Source of the DNA: a virus
Lineage: Duplodnaviria > Caudoviricetes
Length of the DNA stretch: 52,576 nucleotides
Virus record (IMG/VR): IMGVR_UViG_3300025401_000039
Coordinates: 1-52,576 of that record
Strand: one strand, 5' to 3'
The notes under the pieces were generated by a model. That model did not search any database, was not told where the DNA came from, and was given only the letters and a program-made list of their open reading frames with translations. Of this stretch, positions 9,753 through 19,286 are shown piece by piece (the stretch's first letter is position 1; each line of letters opens with the position of its first letter). Both the position numbers and the translations under genes were made by a program.

Positions 9753-10325
9753 ATGCCAGATATCGACCTCGACTTTGCTGATAGAACTCAAGCACTAGCT
9801 GTATTAAAACATATAGATGCTAGTCTCGACGGTTCTTTTAAAAAGCACAACACTGGTATATATTGTACTAGCATTCCATACAACCCTGCAACTGGAATAA
9901 GTACTATTGATTATAAAACAGCCGAAGATCGCGGATATTTTAAAATAGATTTTTTAAATGTCAGCGTGTACGAAGGTGTTAAAAATAAAGAACACTTAAC
10001 ACAATTAATGGAGACAGAACCTTTATGGGATCTACTAGAGCAAGACGACTTCGTCGATTTACTCTTTCACGTGAATGGGCACGGGTCTATATTGAGACAG
10101 GTCAAGCCCACATCAATAGAACAATTGGCAGCAGTGCTAGCTATGATTCGGCCAGCCAAGCGTTATTTGATAGGAAAAGATTGGACAACGATACTGTCGG
10201 AAATTTGGATAAAACCAGAGAATGACGAATATTATTTTAAGAAAGCGCATGCTATTGCGTATGCACATGTAATTGTAGTGCAGATGAATTTAATCTGCGA
10301 AAGAATTAGCTACGAGTTTAATTAA
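9753..10325 (+). CDS. Miniature DNA polymerase III alpha (DnaE)-like protein
   Basis: PDIDLDF, KHNTG, KIDFL, PTSIEQLAAVLAMIRP, YFKKAHAIAY in DnaE order within 190 aa. Confidence 0.85.
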   Translation: MPDIDLDFADRTQALAVLKHIDASLDGSFKKHNTGIYCTSIPYNPATGISTIDYKTAEDRGYFKIDFLNVSVYEGVKNKEHLTQLMETEPLWDLLEQDDFVDLLFHVNGHGSILRQVKPTSIEQLAAVLAMIRPAKRYLIGKDWTTILSEIWIKPENDEYYFKKAHAIAYAHVIVVQMNLICERISYEFN

Positions 10326-10696
10326 CGAACTTTACGTACTAGCTGAACACTTTTTCGTTTAACACGTTTTAGTGTAAGATTCATTAAATTTACTACTGGG
10401 CCTAATATAATACGTGTGTCTTTGCTATTGAATGTTTTAATAGCATAATTAAAGGGTTGTATTTCATCTCTGCAGAATACAGTAATAGGAAATTGGCGAT
10501 TGCTTTCCCACCACCATACTTCGCCGATTTCTAAAAATACTTTTGTTTCCTCTGGTGTTTTTAAGGCGTTTAGATCGTAGAAACTAGTTACAAACTGATC
10601 TTGGTTTATTATAATTCCCACGTATTCGTTTTCACCATAGTTGATGACGCTAATAAATGGTAGATTTTGTTCAATGTTGTCTCTTAATTTTGCCAT
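10322..10696 (-). CDS. Hypothetical protein
   Basis: ORF; likely start MAKLRD at 10696. Confidence 0.7.
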   Translation of the reverse strand: MAKLRDNIEQNLPFISVINYGENEYVGIIINQDQFVTSFYDLNALKTPEETKVFLEIGEVWWWESNRQFPITVFCRDEIQPFNYAIKTFNSKDTRIILGPVVNLMNLTLKRVKRKSVQLVRKVR

Positions 10697-10720
10697 AAAT
10701 ACTATTAAAGGTCCTCGCCA

Positions 10721-11830
10721 ATGCAAAAAGTTCAAAGTTATTTATATCCTAATAGAGCTATACTATTAGCCAATTTGGCAGGATTCACTGTGGAGAATAA
10801 AGTCGTGTACGCAAGAACAATTAAAATTTATCAAGGCGTGGATAACGTCATAGAATTCGATATCCAGAACGCTGATCAAAAGCGTATAGACTTATCCGCA
10901 TTAACTAACATGGAAGTTAATGTAATGGATGCAAGCGGTAAGGCTTTAGAGAGTAGCCCGTACTCCTTAACATTGCTAGCATCAGCTACAGCAACTGGAG
11001 CTACAGTAGTTGCGCCGATTCCAGTTGCAAAAACTACATCAGCAACAATTACAATACCTACAGCAAATATTACAGGCAATTTTTTAAATTCCAATGTGTT
11101 AACGGGAACAAATATAGTAGGACCGGTTATAGTTTCAAGTGTATCAGTCGATGTCGATAGTGCAACAACATCATTAACAGTTACATTTCCCAGCCAAACT
11201 ATATCTGGGCATACAGGAGTAACACTAACTAGTGCTATCAAAGGGCTAGCAAAAATCATTATTCCAGCAGAAGACATTTCAGATATAGATAGTCAAAGTT
11301 TAACTTATAGTGTTATAGCCGTAGATAGTTCAGGAAATAACATAGTATTATATACAGATAGTTTTTTTAGCGCTGCTGGTAGAATTGATGTAATCGGTAA
11401 TGCTATGCCGAAAAGTCGAAAAACCATCATCTACGATAAATTTTCAGGTGAAATTAATTACATGGGTAATGTAATTAATCATACCAGTGCAATTCCTTGT
11501 AAATTTTATGAAGCGCAGGCTACAGAATACATGAATTTTAGAATCAATATGACAAATTTTATTGGAACAATTTATGTAGAGGCCACAGAAGATATGACTA
11601 TTTCTGTAGAATCATTCAAGGATGCCGTACAATTACAATCAATTACATATTCAGTTCAAACTTCTACAACGGTATCATTTAATAATATTCCAGTGATAAA
11701 TCCAGCAACTGGAAACAGTTATAACTATATGCGAGTTAGTTGGTTGTATCCAGATGTTTGGCAATACGGTGCTCAGCAAAATCCAGCATTAGTTTACGGA
11801 ATGGTTAATACAGTTACCGTTATCAGTTGA
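10721..11830 (+). CDS. Probable structural (beta-rich) protein
   Basis: Thr/Ser/Val-rich 369 aa; ATAAATA late-type motif upstream. Confidence 0.55.
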   Translation: MQKVQSYLYPNRAILLANLAGFTVENKVVYARTIKIYQGVDNVIEFDIQNADQKRIDLSALTNMEVNVMDASGKALESSPYSLTLLASATATGATVVAPIPVAKTTSATITIPTANITGNFLNSNVLTGTNIVGPVIVSSVSVDVDSATTSLTVTFPSQTISGHTGVTLTSAIKGLAKIIIPAEDISDIDSQSLTYSVIAVDSSGNNIVLYTDSFFSAAGRIDVIGNAMPKSRKTIIYDKFSGEINYMGNVINHTSAIPCKFYEAQATEYMNFRINMTNFIGTIYVEATEDMTISVESFKDAVQLQSITYSVQTSTTVSFNNIPVINPATGNSYNYMRVSWLYPDVWQYGAQQNPALVYGMVNTVTVIS

Positions 11831-11860
11831 TTTTAATCAAATAACGTGTTATACTTAGGC

Positions 11861-12832
11861 ATGAGCCTAATTGCAGACACTTTACTACAATACTTGCCTG
11901 GCAAGAGAAAAAATACTCCAAGCGGTTGGATTGGGTTTAATGCTGTCTGTTGTGATGACAAGAGACAGCGCGGTGGCTTTATTGTTAATGGTGGTGATGC
12001 TGTAAGCTATCACTGTTTCAATTGCGGATTCAAATGTAGCTGGCAACCAGGTAGACACATTAGCCAAAAAATGAATAAATTCATGCGGGATTTAAATATC
12101 CCCGATGATATCATTGCACAATTAAGGCTAGAAGCACTGAGATTAGACGAAAATAATACAACAGAAATCCGTAGTATTATTCCAAAATTTGATGTTCGTG
12201 CGTTACCTATGGATAGTCAACTAATTACAGACTTGTTAGTTGACCTTCCAGAAAAACTTATACCTGTGCTAGAGTACATGGTTAATAGAAAAATTTACCC
12301 TGAAGATTTTCCTTTCTATTGGACTCCTAAAGTTGGATTCAGCAATAGACTTATTATTCCATTTTTATTTAATAATGAAATTGTAGGATGGACTGCTAGA
12401 ACTATTGGAGATGCTAGTCCTAAGTATTTGAGCGAACAACAACCTGGCTATGTTTTTAATTTAGATAATCAGAAGGACAATCGTGAGTTCGTAATTGTCA
12501 GCGAAGGTCCGTTTGATGCGCTAAGTATTGATGGCTGTGCATTACTCGGAGCAGAGATTAAAGATAGTCAAAACTGGTTGTTAAAACAATTAGGTAAAGA
12601 AATAGTTTTAGTTCCGGATAGAGACCATGAAGGTCCTAAAACTGTTGAACGTGCAATCGAGTTAGGGTGGAGTGTTAGCATGCCTAACTGGCCCGATAGT
12701 GTTAAAGATATCAACGATGCTATAATCAAACTTGGTCGTCTAGCAACACTATGGCTAATTGTAAATAGTAAGGAATCTAACGGTTTGAAAATTCAATTAC
12801 GAGCAAAAAAATGGTTTAAGGATACAGTATAA
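11861..12832 (+). CDS. DNA primase, gp61-like
   Basis: Zn ribbon (CC...HCFNC), TOPRIM EGPFDA and PDRD, KDIND. Confidence 0.88.
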   Translation: MSLIADTLLQYLPGKRKNTPSGWIGFNAVCCDDKRQRGGFIVNGGDAVSYHCFNCGFKCSWQPGRHISQKMNKFMRDLNIPDDIIAQLRLEALRLDENNTTEIRSIIPKFDVRALPMDSQLITDLLVDLPEKLIPVLEYMVNRKIYPEDFPFYWTPKVGFSNRLIIPFLFNNEIVGWTARTIGDASPKYLSEQQPGYVFNLDNQKDNREFVIVSEGPFDALSIDGCALLGAEIKDSQNWLLKQLGKEIVLVPDRDHEGPKTVERAIELGWSVSMPNWPDSVKDINDAIIKLGRLATLWLIVNSKESNGLKIQLRAKKWFKDTV

Positions 12833-13245
12833 TGGAATCTGGTGCATTTATATTAGGTATTATAATATTTCTTATAATTTTATTTCCATGGCAGGCAGCA
12901 GGATTTTTTGCGGTTATAGGTATTGTATGGTACTTGTATAACGAACACGAAAAAGCAGAGTCAGCTAGACTTGCCGAAGAAGAACGAAAAAAACACGAAG
13001 CCTACGTGAATGATTTGATTAAACGTTTTGGTAAAAACATTGCAGACAGAATATTGTTAGGTGATATTTGGGTTGGGCAAACTCGAGAAATGTTGTTAGA
13101 GTCAAAAGGATATCCTGGATATATTCAGCAACAACAACTTAAAACCAAGTATAAAGAAACATGGAGTTATGATCGAGTAGGCAAAGGAAAATACAGTACT
13201 AGTGTTGTACTAGAAAATAACATAGTAACCGCATACAGAATTTAA
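12832..13245 (+). CDS. Membrane protein
   Basis: Hydrophobic N-terminal segments; IWVGQTREML...W-x-Y C-terminal domain. Confidence 0.65.
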   Translation: MESGAFILGIIIFLIILFPWQAAGFFAVIGIVWYLYNEHEKAESARLAEEERKKHEAYVNDLIKRFGKNIADRILLGDIWVGQTREMLLESKGYPGYIQQQQLKTKYKETWSYDRVGKGKYSTSVVLENNIVTAYRI

Positions 13246-13255
13246 AGGACATAAT

Positions 13256-13369
13256 ATGAAAAAATTAATTAATTGGCTGTTAACTCCTTATCGCAAGTAT
13301 AAAGAGAAAAAGGCATTTGAACAACGCCTAGAAGAATTACGTAAACGTGATCCATTTATATACAAATGA
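13256..13369 (+). CDS. 37-aa peptide MKKLINW...RDPFIYK
   Basis: AAGGA SD; ATGA overlap with next gene. Confidence 0.6.
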   Translation: MKKLINWLLTPYRKYKEKKAFEQRLEELRKRDPFIYK

Positions 13370-14307
13370 TACTCTGGGGGATAAACGCTCTTAATCATGG
13401 CAGTAGTTTAGCTGTATTCAAAGATAATAAATTATTTTCTTTGGATAATTCTTCAGAAGATTTACTAGATGGCACCATACTTAATCGAGCACTAGGGCAA
13501 GGCGCACCAGATCGAATCTTCTGGTATGAGCGTCCTTGGATTAAAAAAGCTAGACAACTATATGCTGGACAGTATAGAACAGCTATGGATATGTCTGTAT
13601 TACCAAAACGACATTTAACACAATTCAAATATGCACCTATCACATATACTCCTCACCATGCTAGTCATGCTGCCGCTGGGTACTATACTAGTCCGTTTAA
13701 TCATTGTGCAATTGTTGTTCTTGATGCAATCGGCGAATTTGAGTGCGCCACGATATGGGAAGCAAAACACGGCAAAATGACCAAAGTGTGGAGCAGAAGT
13801 TATCCACATAGTTTGGGATTGTTTTACAGTGCATTTACAAAACTATGCGGACTTACTCCAATCAAAGATGAATACTTGTTACAACAAATGTCCCAGCAAG
13901 GAGACAAGTGGCGCTATTTTAAAGAAGTTAATAGTTACATAACTGGCACAGTTGATTTGAATTATAATTTCCACAGAGGGGTATTAAATTGGCCTTATCC
14001 CATTAATAATTTACAAGATCAGTGTGATATAGCAGCCGCAGTACAAGATGCATTTGAAGTACAAATTGGCTCGGTAATGAGCTTGGCAAAAGAATTAACA
14101 GGTGCAGACTGTTTGGTCTACATGGGCGGGTGTGCTATGAATAGTCAGGCAAATAAACGGTATGTTGAACCTATGTTTAAGTATCGTTGGAGTCTTCCTA
14201 ACCCTGGAGATCCAAGTAGTAGTATTGGAGCCGTGCTATATCACACTAAACAGAGAGTATGGGATTATAACTGGAGTCCTGTCAAACACCTTGCAATTAA
14301 TATTTAA
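13366..14307 (+). CDS. Carbamoyltransferase (CmcH/NodU/TobZ family), Kae1-like domain only
   Basis: HHASHAAAGYY, LDAIGE, SLGLFYS, GGCAMN, GDPSSSIGA. Confidence 0.85.
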   Translation: MILWGINALNHGSSLAVFKDNKLFSLDNSSEDLLDGTILNRALGQGAPDRIFWYERPWIKKARQLYAGQYRTAMDMSVLPKRHLTQFKYAPITYTPHHASHAAAGYYTSPFNHCAIVVLDAIGEFECATIWEAKHGKMTKVWSRSYPHSLGLFYSAFTKLCGLTPIKDEYLLQQMSQQGDKWRYFKEVNSYITGTVDLNYNFHRGVLNWPYPINNLQDQCDIAAAVQDAFEVQIGSVMSLAKELTGADCLVYMGGCAMNSQANKRYVEPMFKYRWSLPNPGDPSSSIGAVLYHTKQRVWDYNWSPVKHLAINI

Positions 14308-14325
14308 AGAAACTATAATACACAC

Positions 14326-15771
14326 ATGAATGATAAAAAAGACCGCGCAAGACAAAACGTTGATTATGGATATGACATACAACGTGTATATCTAGAAATG
14401 ATGTTGGCAGATGCTGGCACGTTTGTACGCTGTCAAAGTATTTTTGACAGTAATCTATTTGACCGTAAACTACAACCAGCTGCAGAATTTCTAACCAAAT
14501 ATGTAACTGAAAATAATGTATTGCCCACGCCAGACATTATCAATGCAGCTACAGGATCAAATCTCAAGGCAGCAGAAGATCTACGTGACGAACACTATGA
14601 TTGGTTGATGAATGATTTTGAAACATTTATTAGACACAAAGGTCTTGAACGTGCTATCTTAGAGTCAGCTGACTTGCTGGAAAAAGGTGAATATGGTCCT
14701 GTAGAAGAAAAAATTAAACAGGCTGTACAAGTGGGCCTACAACGTGACATGGGCACTGATTACTTTGCTGATCCCCGTGCTAGATTGATGCGTATTAAGG
14801 ATAAAAATGGACAAATATCCACAGGTTGGAAAGCCATCGATGATAAACTATATGGTGGATTTAATCGAGGTGAGCTTAACATATGGGCTGGCGGTAGTGG
14901 TGCTGGTAAGAGTTTGTTTTTGGCTAATCTTGGAGTAAACTATAGCCTAGCTGGACACAATGTCTTGTATCTGACACTTGAATTGAGTGAAGAACTGGTT
15001 AGCTTGCGGGTAGATGCTATGGTAACTGGAATACCCACAAGAGAAATTTTCAAAAGCATTGACGACGTGGAAATGAAAGTCAAAATGATTGGAAAAAAAT
15101 CAGGACAATTCCAAGTCAAGTATATGCCAAGCGGCAAGACAGCCAATGATATTCGCGCTTATATGAAAGAGTATGAAATCAAAATGGGGCGCAAGATTGA
15201 TGTACTACTGGTAGACTATATGGACTTGTTGTTGCCCTTGAGCAAGCGTATCAGTGCTGAAAACTTGTTTGTCAAAGACAAATATGTCAGTGAGGAATTG
15301 CGTAATCTAGCTGTAGAAAAGAACTGTATATTTGTCACAGCGGCACAGCTAAATCGCGGTGCTGTTGAAGAAGTTGAGTTTGATCACAGCCACATCTCGG
15401 GCGGATTAAGTAAGATTCAAACAGCTGATAATGTGTTTGGTATCTTTACCAGTCGTGCAATGCGTGAACGTGGACGTTATCAAATCCAGCTAATGAAAAC
15501 ACGTAGTTCCAGCGGAGTTGGTCAAAAGATTGACCTAGAGTTTAATATTGACACACTGCGTATTTCAGATTTGGATGAAGAAGACGGCTATGGTCACGGA
15601 CAAGCCAGTGCAGGCAGTGTGTTGCTCAACAGTATCAAGCAGCGACAAACAGTTAACAGTACCACAGGTGAAATCGTAGACAACGGTACTCCGGCACCTA
15701 AAGTGCAGGCCGAAGTTGCCAGCAGTAAATTAAGGGAACTATTAAACAATTTGCCTAGCGATGATTTGTAA
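14326..15771 (+). CDS. Replicative DnaB-family helicase, gp41-like
   Basis: GGSGAGKS, LEL, VDYMDL, AQLNR, KTR. Confidence 0.92.
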   Translation: MNDKKDRARQNVDYGYDIQRVYLEMMLADAGTFVRCQSIFDSNLFDRKLQPAAEFLTKYVTENNVLPTPDIINAATGSNLKAAEDLRDEHYDWLMNDFETFIRHKGLERAILESADLLEKGEYGPVEEKIKQAVQVGLQRDMGTDYFADPRARLMRIKDKNGQISTGWKAIDDKLYGGFNRGELNIWAGGSGAGKSLFLANLGVNYSLAGHNVLYLTLELSEELVSLRVDAMVTGIPTREIFKSIDDVEMKVKMIGKKSGQFQVKYMPSGKTANDIRAYMKEYEIKMGRKIDVLLVDYMDLLLPLSKRISAENLFVKDKYVSEELRNLAVEKNCIFVTAAQLNRGAVEEVEFDHSHISGGLSKIQTADNVFGIFTSRAMRERGRYQIQLMKTRSSSGVGQKIDLEFNIDTLRISDLDEEDGYGHGQASAGSVLLNSIKQRQTVNSTTGEIVDNGTPAPKVQAEVASSKLRELLNNLPSDDL

Positions 15772-15819
15772 TTTTTGGTCAGAAAGATAAGTACACATAT
15801 AATAACCAGGTAGCGAAAC

Positions 15820-16269
15820 ATGGAACTTCATCACATTAGAGACATCACTGATCCCCTAGTCAGATTAATCAAGGACGACCCTGTTCGTCCACACATTCCC
15901 CTTGAGCAACGCATTAACGAAGCAGCAGAAATACTCATACTCAAAGCAGGAGAAGAAGTGCTGGCAGCCACTTGTATGCAATGGCTCAAAGGTGTTCCCG
16001 AAACTGAGGAAGACCTAGTTAACATGAGCAAGGACAAGGAAATTGCTGTATTTTACACCATATGGAGTTATGCTCCAGGAGCCGGTGCTACGCTGCTGCA
16101 ACAGGCCGCCGAGTGGTTGAAAAAAGACTATGCTGATCTTAAAGGCATAGTTACACTAAGTCCTCAAACGCCCATGGCACGTAGATTCCATTTAAAAAAT
16201 GGTGCTAGAATTCGTAAAGAAAATGCCACTACAGTCAACTACGAATACTACTATAAAGAAGTTGAATGA
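15820..16269 (+). CDS. GNAT-like acetyltransferase
   Basis: YTIWSY..GAG..L and A..FHLKNG pattern. Confidence 0.5.
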   Translation: MELHHIRDITDPLVRLIKDDPVRPHIPLEQRINEAAEILILKAGEEVLAATCMQWLKGVPETEEDLVNMSKDKEIAVFYTIWSYAPGAGATLLQQAAEWLKKDYADLKGIVTLSPQTPMARRFHLKNGARIRKENATTVNYEYYYKEVE

Positions 16270-16955
16270 TTTGGATTTTTGGCGACAGCTTTTTCAACGA
16301 TGCCACACACGATGACACCACTTGGCATCGTCAGTTAAAGGCTCTAGGTCCTGTAGAAAACCGTGCGTTAGAAGCTACCAGTTTAGATTGGATGTACGCT
16401 GAATACAGTCGGCACGAGGGCACGTTCAAAGCCAAGGATACAGTTATCGTGGGCTTGACCACACTGGATCGCACTTGGTTTTTCATAGACAATCCACAGG
16501 CCAGTCAGGTATTCAGGGGACATGCACCCAACACCATTAGTCAACAGCAGGTAGAAGCTGTTATGCTGTACACACAGTTTCTAATGAATCCCGTTAGTCG
16601 CATGATACAGTTGGAAAACTTTCTAGCTAGATTGGATCATTCAGCCCAGGCTTTGGATATACAAATACTGGTCATAGCCAGTTTTCCCGACAGTGAGCAG
16701 GTGATCAAGGATCTAAATCTTGCCCAACGCTACAAGCATATGACTTTTGCACAGGGCAATCTAGTTGAAATCAGCATGGACGAATGGACCGAGCACACGG
16801 CCAGTATGCAGGATCCTAGACTCAATCATCTAAGTTCAGTTAATCACAACAGACTAGCTCTACTAACAGCCACTTGGATCCTACACAATACGCCAGTAAT
16901 TTTGGATCAGTTTGAAACCGGTATAATATCGCGAGAAAAAGCCTTGACTAGTTAA
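16266..16955 (+). CDS. SGNH/GDSL-like hypothetical protein
   Basis: IFGDSF at N-terminus, NHLS...H near C-terminus. Confidence 0.55.
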   Translation: MIWIFGDSFFNDATHDDTTWHRQLKALGPVENRALEATSLDWMYAEYSRHEGTFKAKDTVIVGLTTLDRTWFFIDNPQASQVFRGHAPNTISQQQVEAVMLYTQFLMNPVSRMIQLENFLARLDHSAQALDIQILVIASFPDSEQVIKDLNLAQRYKHMTFAQGNLVEISMDEWTEHTASMQDPRLNHLSSVNHNRLALLTATWILHNTPVILDQFETGIISREKALTS

Positions 16956-16963
16956 ATACTAGC

Positions 16964-17221
16964 ATGTCCACTTATACTAACTGGGATTACGTCCCAGTAA
17001 TTCATGGCTTTGAGTACACTGCAGATATAGCATGGCCCGGACGTGCATATGAGCAGTTGGATTGGATTGTGGGTATTACAAGTGTAGAAGCTTGGTTACT
17101 CAAGTACACAGGGCCCAAGTATCAGCGTTGGGCTTGGAACATGGCCACAGAGTGTTATCAAATCAGCGTGGCTTTCAAGTACGACAAACATCGCACATTA
17201 TTTTTACTCAATTACAGTTGA
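16964..17221 (+). CDS. Small protein, W/F-x-L-R/K-W family
   Basis: WLLKYTGP..QRW...FKYDKHRTLFLLNYS. Confidence 0.65.
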   Translation: MSTYTNWDYVPVIHGFEYTADIAWPGRAYEQLDWIVGITSVEAWLLKYTGPKYQRWAWNMATECYQISVAFKYDKHRTLFLLNYS

Positions 17222-17505
17222 GGATCCCGACGGGCTAGTCGTTCAGTATGCAGGGCAATTTTCTCTGCAGCAGCCTTGGCTTCGATTTCCAATTCAACAG
17301 CGGCAGCATGTGCACGAGCCGCGGCTGCTTCTGCGTGTTGTCTAGCTTCAGTGGCTGTGTCAATGACTTTTTGATGTGCTTCCGACAGCTGACGTTCTAA
17401 TTGCTCTACGTCATTGACAGCTTTGACGCTGGCTCGCTTGCTTGCGGCAAACAGTTCGGCTAGGTCTGCTGAAATGATATTGTGTAGTTTTGATAGTATG
17501 CTCAT
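17212..17505 (-). CDS. Ala-rich coiled-coil protein
   Basis: GGAG SD; TATAAATA upstream on - strand (17525-17532). Confidence 0.65.
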   Translation of the reverse strand: MSILSKLHNIISADLAELFAASKRASVKAVNDVEQLERQLSEAHQKVIDTATEARQHAEAAAARAHAAAVELEIEAKAAAEKIALHTERLARRDPQL

Positions 17506-17653
17506 GGGATTCTCCAGGGTCAACTATTTATAGGCCCAAGCGGGGCGCAAAAAAATTTTTAATCGGCGAAGCTGCAAGCAAAATTTTTAGTGCGAAGCAC
17601 AGCGGAAAAACGCGAACAAGCGTTCAGCTGTCAGTTGCCGCTAAATATCACAT

Positions 17654-17959
17654 ATGCTAATAAGAGAATTAACTAACAGTCTAAAAGAAAACTGGGTGCA
17701 GAATCATCACATGGGTGCAGGCACGGAACGAGCAAGTGATCAACAGTTGTTGGAATTGGGTGCAGAACCACATGTGCTGGGCAAGCTAGAATCCACGGGC
17801 CGTGTAGTACGTATAGTTAAACGTGAACAACGGGTCAAATTCAGTGAGAAACCCGATTGGATTCTAGTAGACATGGATCTATCTGAAAAGGGCAAAGAGT
17901 TAAAATGGTTGCCCGGTAATACTAGATTCACATGGGTTAGAGAGTTCAATCGCGACTAG
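17654..17959 (+). CDS. Hypothetical late protein
   Basis: TAAATA 6 nt before ATG. Confidence 0.6.
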   Translation: MLIRELTNSLKENWVQNHHMGAGTERASDQQLLELGAEPHVLGKLESTGRVVRIVKREQRVKFSEKPDWILVDMDLSEKGKELKWLPGNTRFTWVREFNRD

Positions 17960-18658
17960 TGTGCTGACATATATTGGCTATAAGTCGATTGGGCTGATCA
18001 CTGTGCGCATTTATACGTTCAATATCTTCTATGGCTAGTTCTAAGGACTGTATACGCTGAGCTTGCGTATAGACACAATCACGTAGTCGACTGGCTTGAA
18101 ATATACTGAGTAATCCAGTAAGTATACGGGGAATAATCAAGTGTGTGTCCATACTAGTATATAGTAAATATACAATGCTAGAAACACTAATGCGATTAAG
18201 TGATAATACATGGATCTATATACTTACTGTGACGCTGTTGGGCCTAGCAGCTTTTGTAGTGGGGTTTCTTATTGGTTGGCTAGTCTAGCCAAAAAGGGTC
18301 CTGCAGGATTGAAAAATTTCTGCGCAAAAAAAATTTGAGAAGTACTTAGCGTTTTTACTGAGAGTAGAATCGGCCTGTTTGACCCGTAATCTTATTGTAA
18401 TCTATAAATAATTATACACAGAACTTATACTGTGACAGGAGGTTTTATGCAGATGATTTCAGAATACTTAGATCACAAGCCTCAAGCAAAATTAATGCAC
18501 AGTGAGAATCCACCAAACTAAGAGTGTTTGATTACTGTTGAACAACTATACGGGACATGCCCGAATCCTTAAGCTCTATTCGTAGGGCTTTTTCACGGGT
18601 GTAATAACAGTAAAAAATAGTAACATGTATAGCATGAGAAGTGGGAGTGTGTTATACT

Positions 18659-18952
18659 ATGAGTATGAAAACACTAATAACAACTGCTTCTATAGTGCTG
18701 TCAGCATGCGGTGCTGGCGCTCCTACAACTTCTGTAAACTCAAAAACATATCCATGTGATAGTCAAATAGTGGCTATAATGGCTACAATGCCAACTCCAA
18801 ACTTATTGGGCTTGGGGGAACCTGATACTACCACTTATACTAACATGGGACAGAACCATATTATGATATATGAGTTTCACTTACAGCATGAACGTATTAC
18901 TTTTGAGTACAATACAAACTACTGTAGTGAACAGGTAGAAATGGGTATTTAG
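18659..18952 (+). CDS. Putative lipoprotein
   Basis: Signal-like N-terminus with LSAC lipobox. Confidence 0.55.
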   Translation: MSMKTLITTASIVLSACGAGAPTTSVNSKTYPCDSQIVAIMATMPTPNLLGLGEPDTTTYTNMGQNHIMIYEFHLQHERITFEYNTNYCSEQVEMGI

Positions 18953-19131
18953 GAATGAAAAAATTGCCCGCGTAAAAAATTATAAAGAAGTACTTAAACT
19001 TTTAGAGGGGTGTTTTTACTTCGGTACCCATGCGCTGTTGCTGTAATACAACAGTTTATAAATGTATATGCCTCCCACCCCTCTCGAAGAAATCTTTTTT
19101 ATTATTATCTCCTCCCGACCTTTTCGAAATC

Positions 19132-19166
19132 AAAAAAAAATCCCCGACCGTCACCGATCGAGGATT
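19132..19166 (-). terminator. Rho-independent terminator closing the early block
   Basis: On - strand ATCCTCGATCG-GTGA-CGGTCGGGGAT plus long T run; G-U pairs work only on this strand. Confidence 0.85.
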
Positions 19167-19168
19167 AA

Positions 19169-19248
19169 AAAAGGTCTTGCCGGGAGCGAATCGGGCTTAT
19201 GGACCTTTTCTGTGACAGCGTTACCGGGAGCGAATCGTTGGCGCTGTC
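19169..19248. ncRNA. Twin hairpins with identical GGAGCGAAT loops
   Basis: Stems AAAAGGTC/GACCTTTT and GACAGCG/CGCTGTC each enclose CCGGGAGCGAATCG. Confidence 0.55.
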
Positions 19249-19286
19249 TGGGTGGGTTACTATATGCTGTACCCTACCCTAAGCTG

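Noticed and set aside
13800-13808. Single TTATCCACA DnaA box
   Set aside because: Isolated and inside a CDS; compatible with chance
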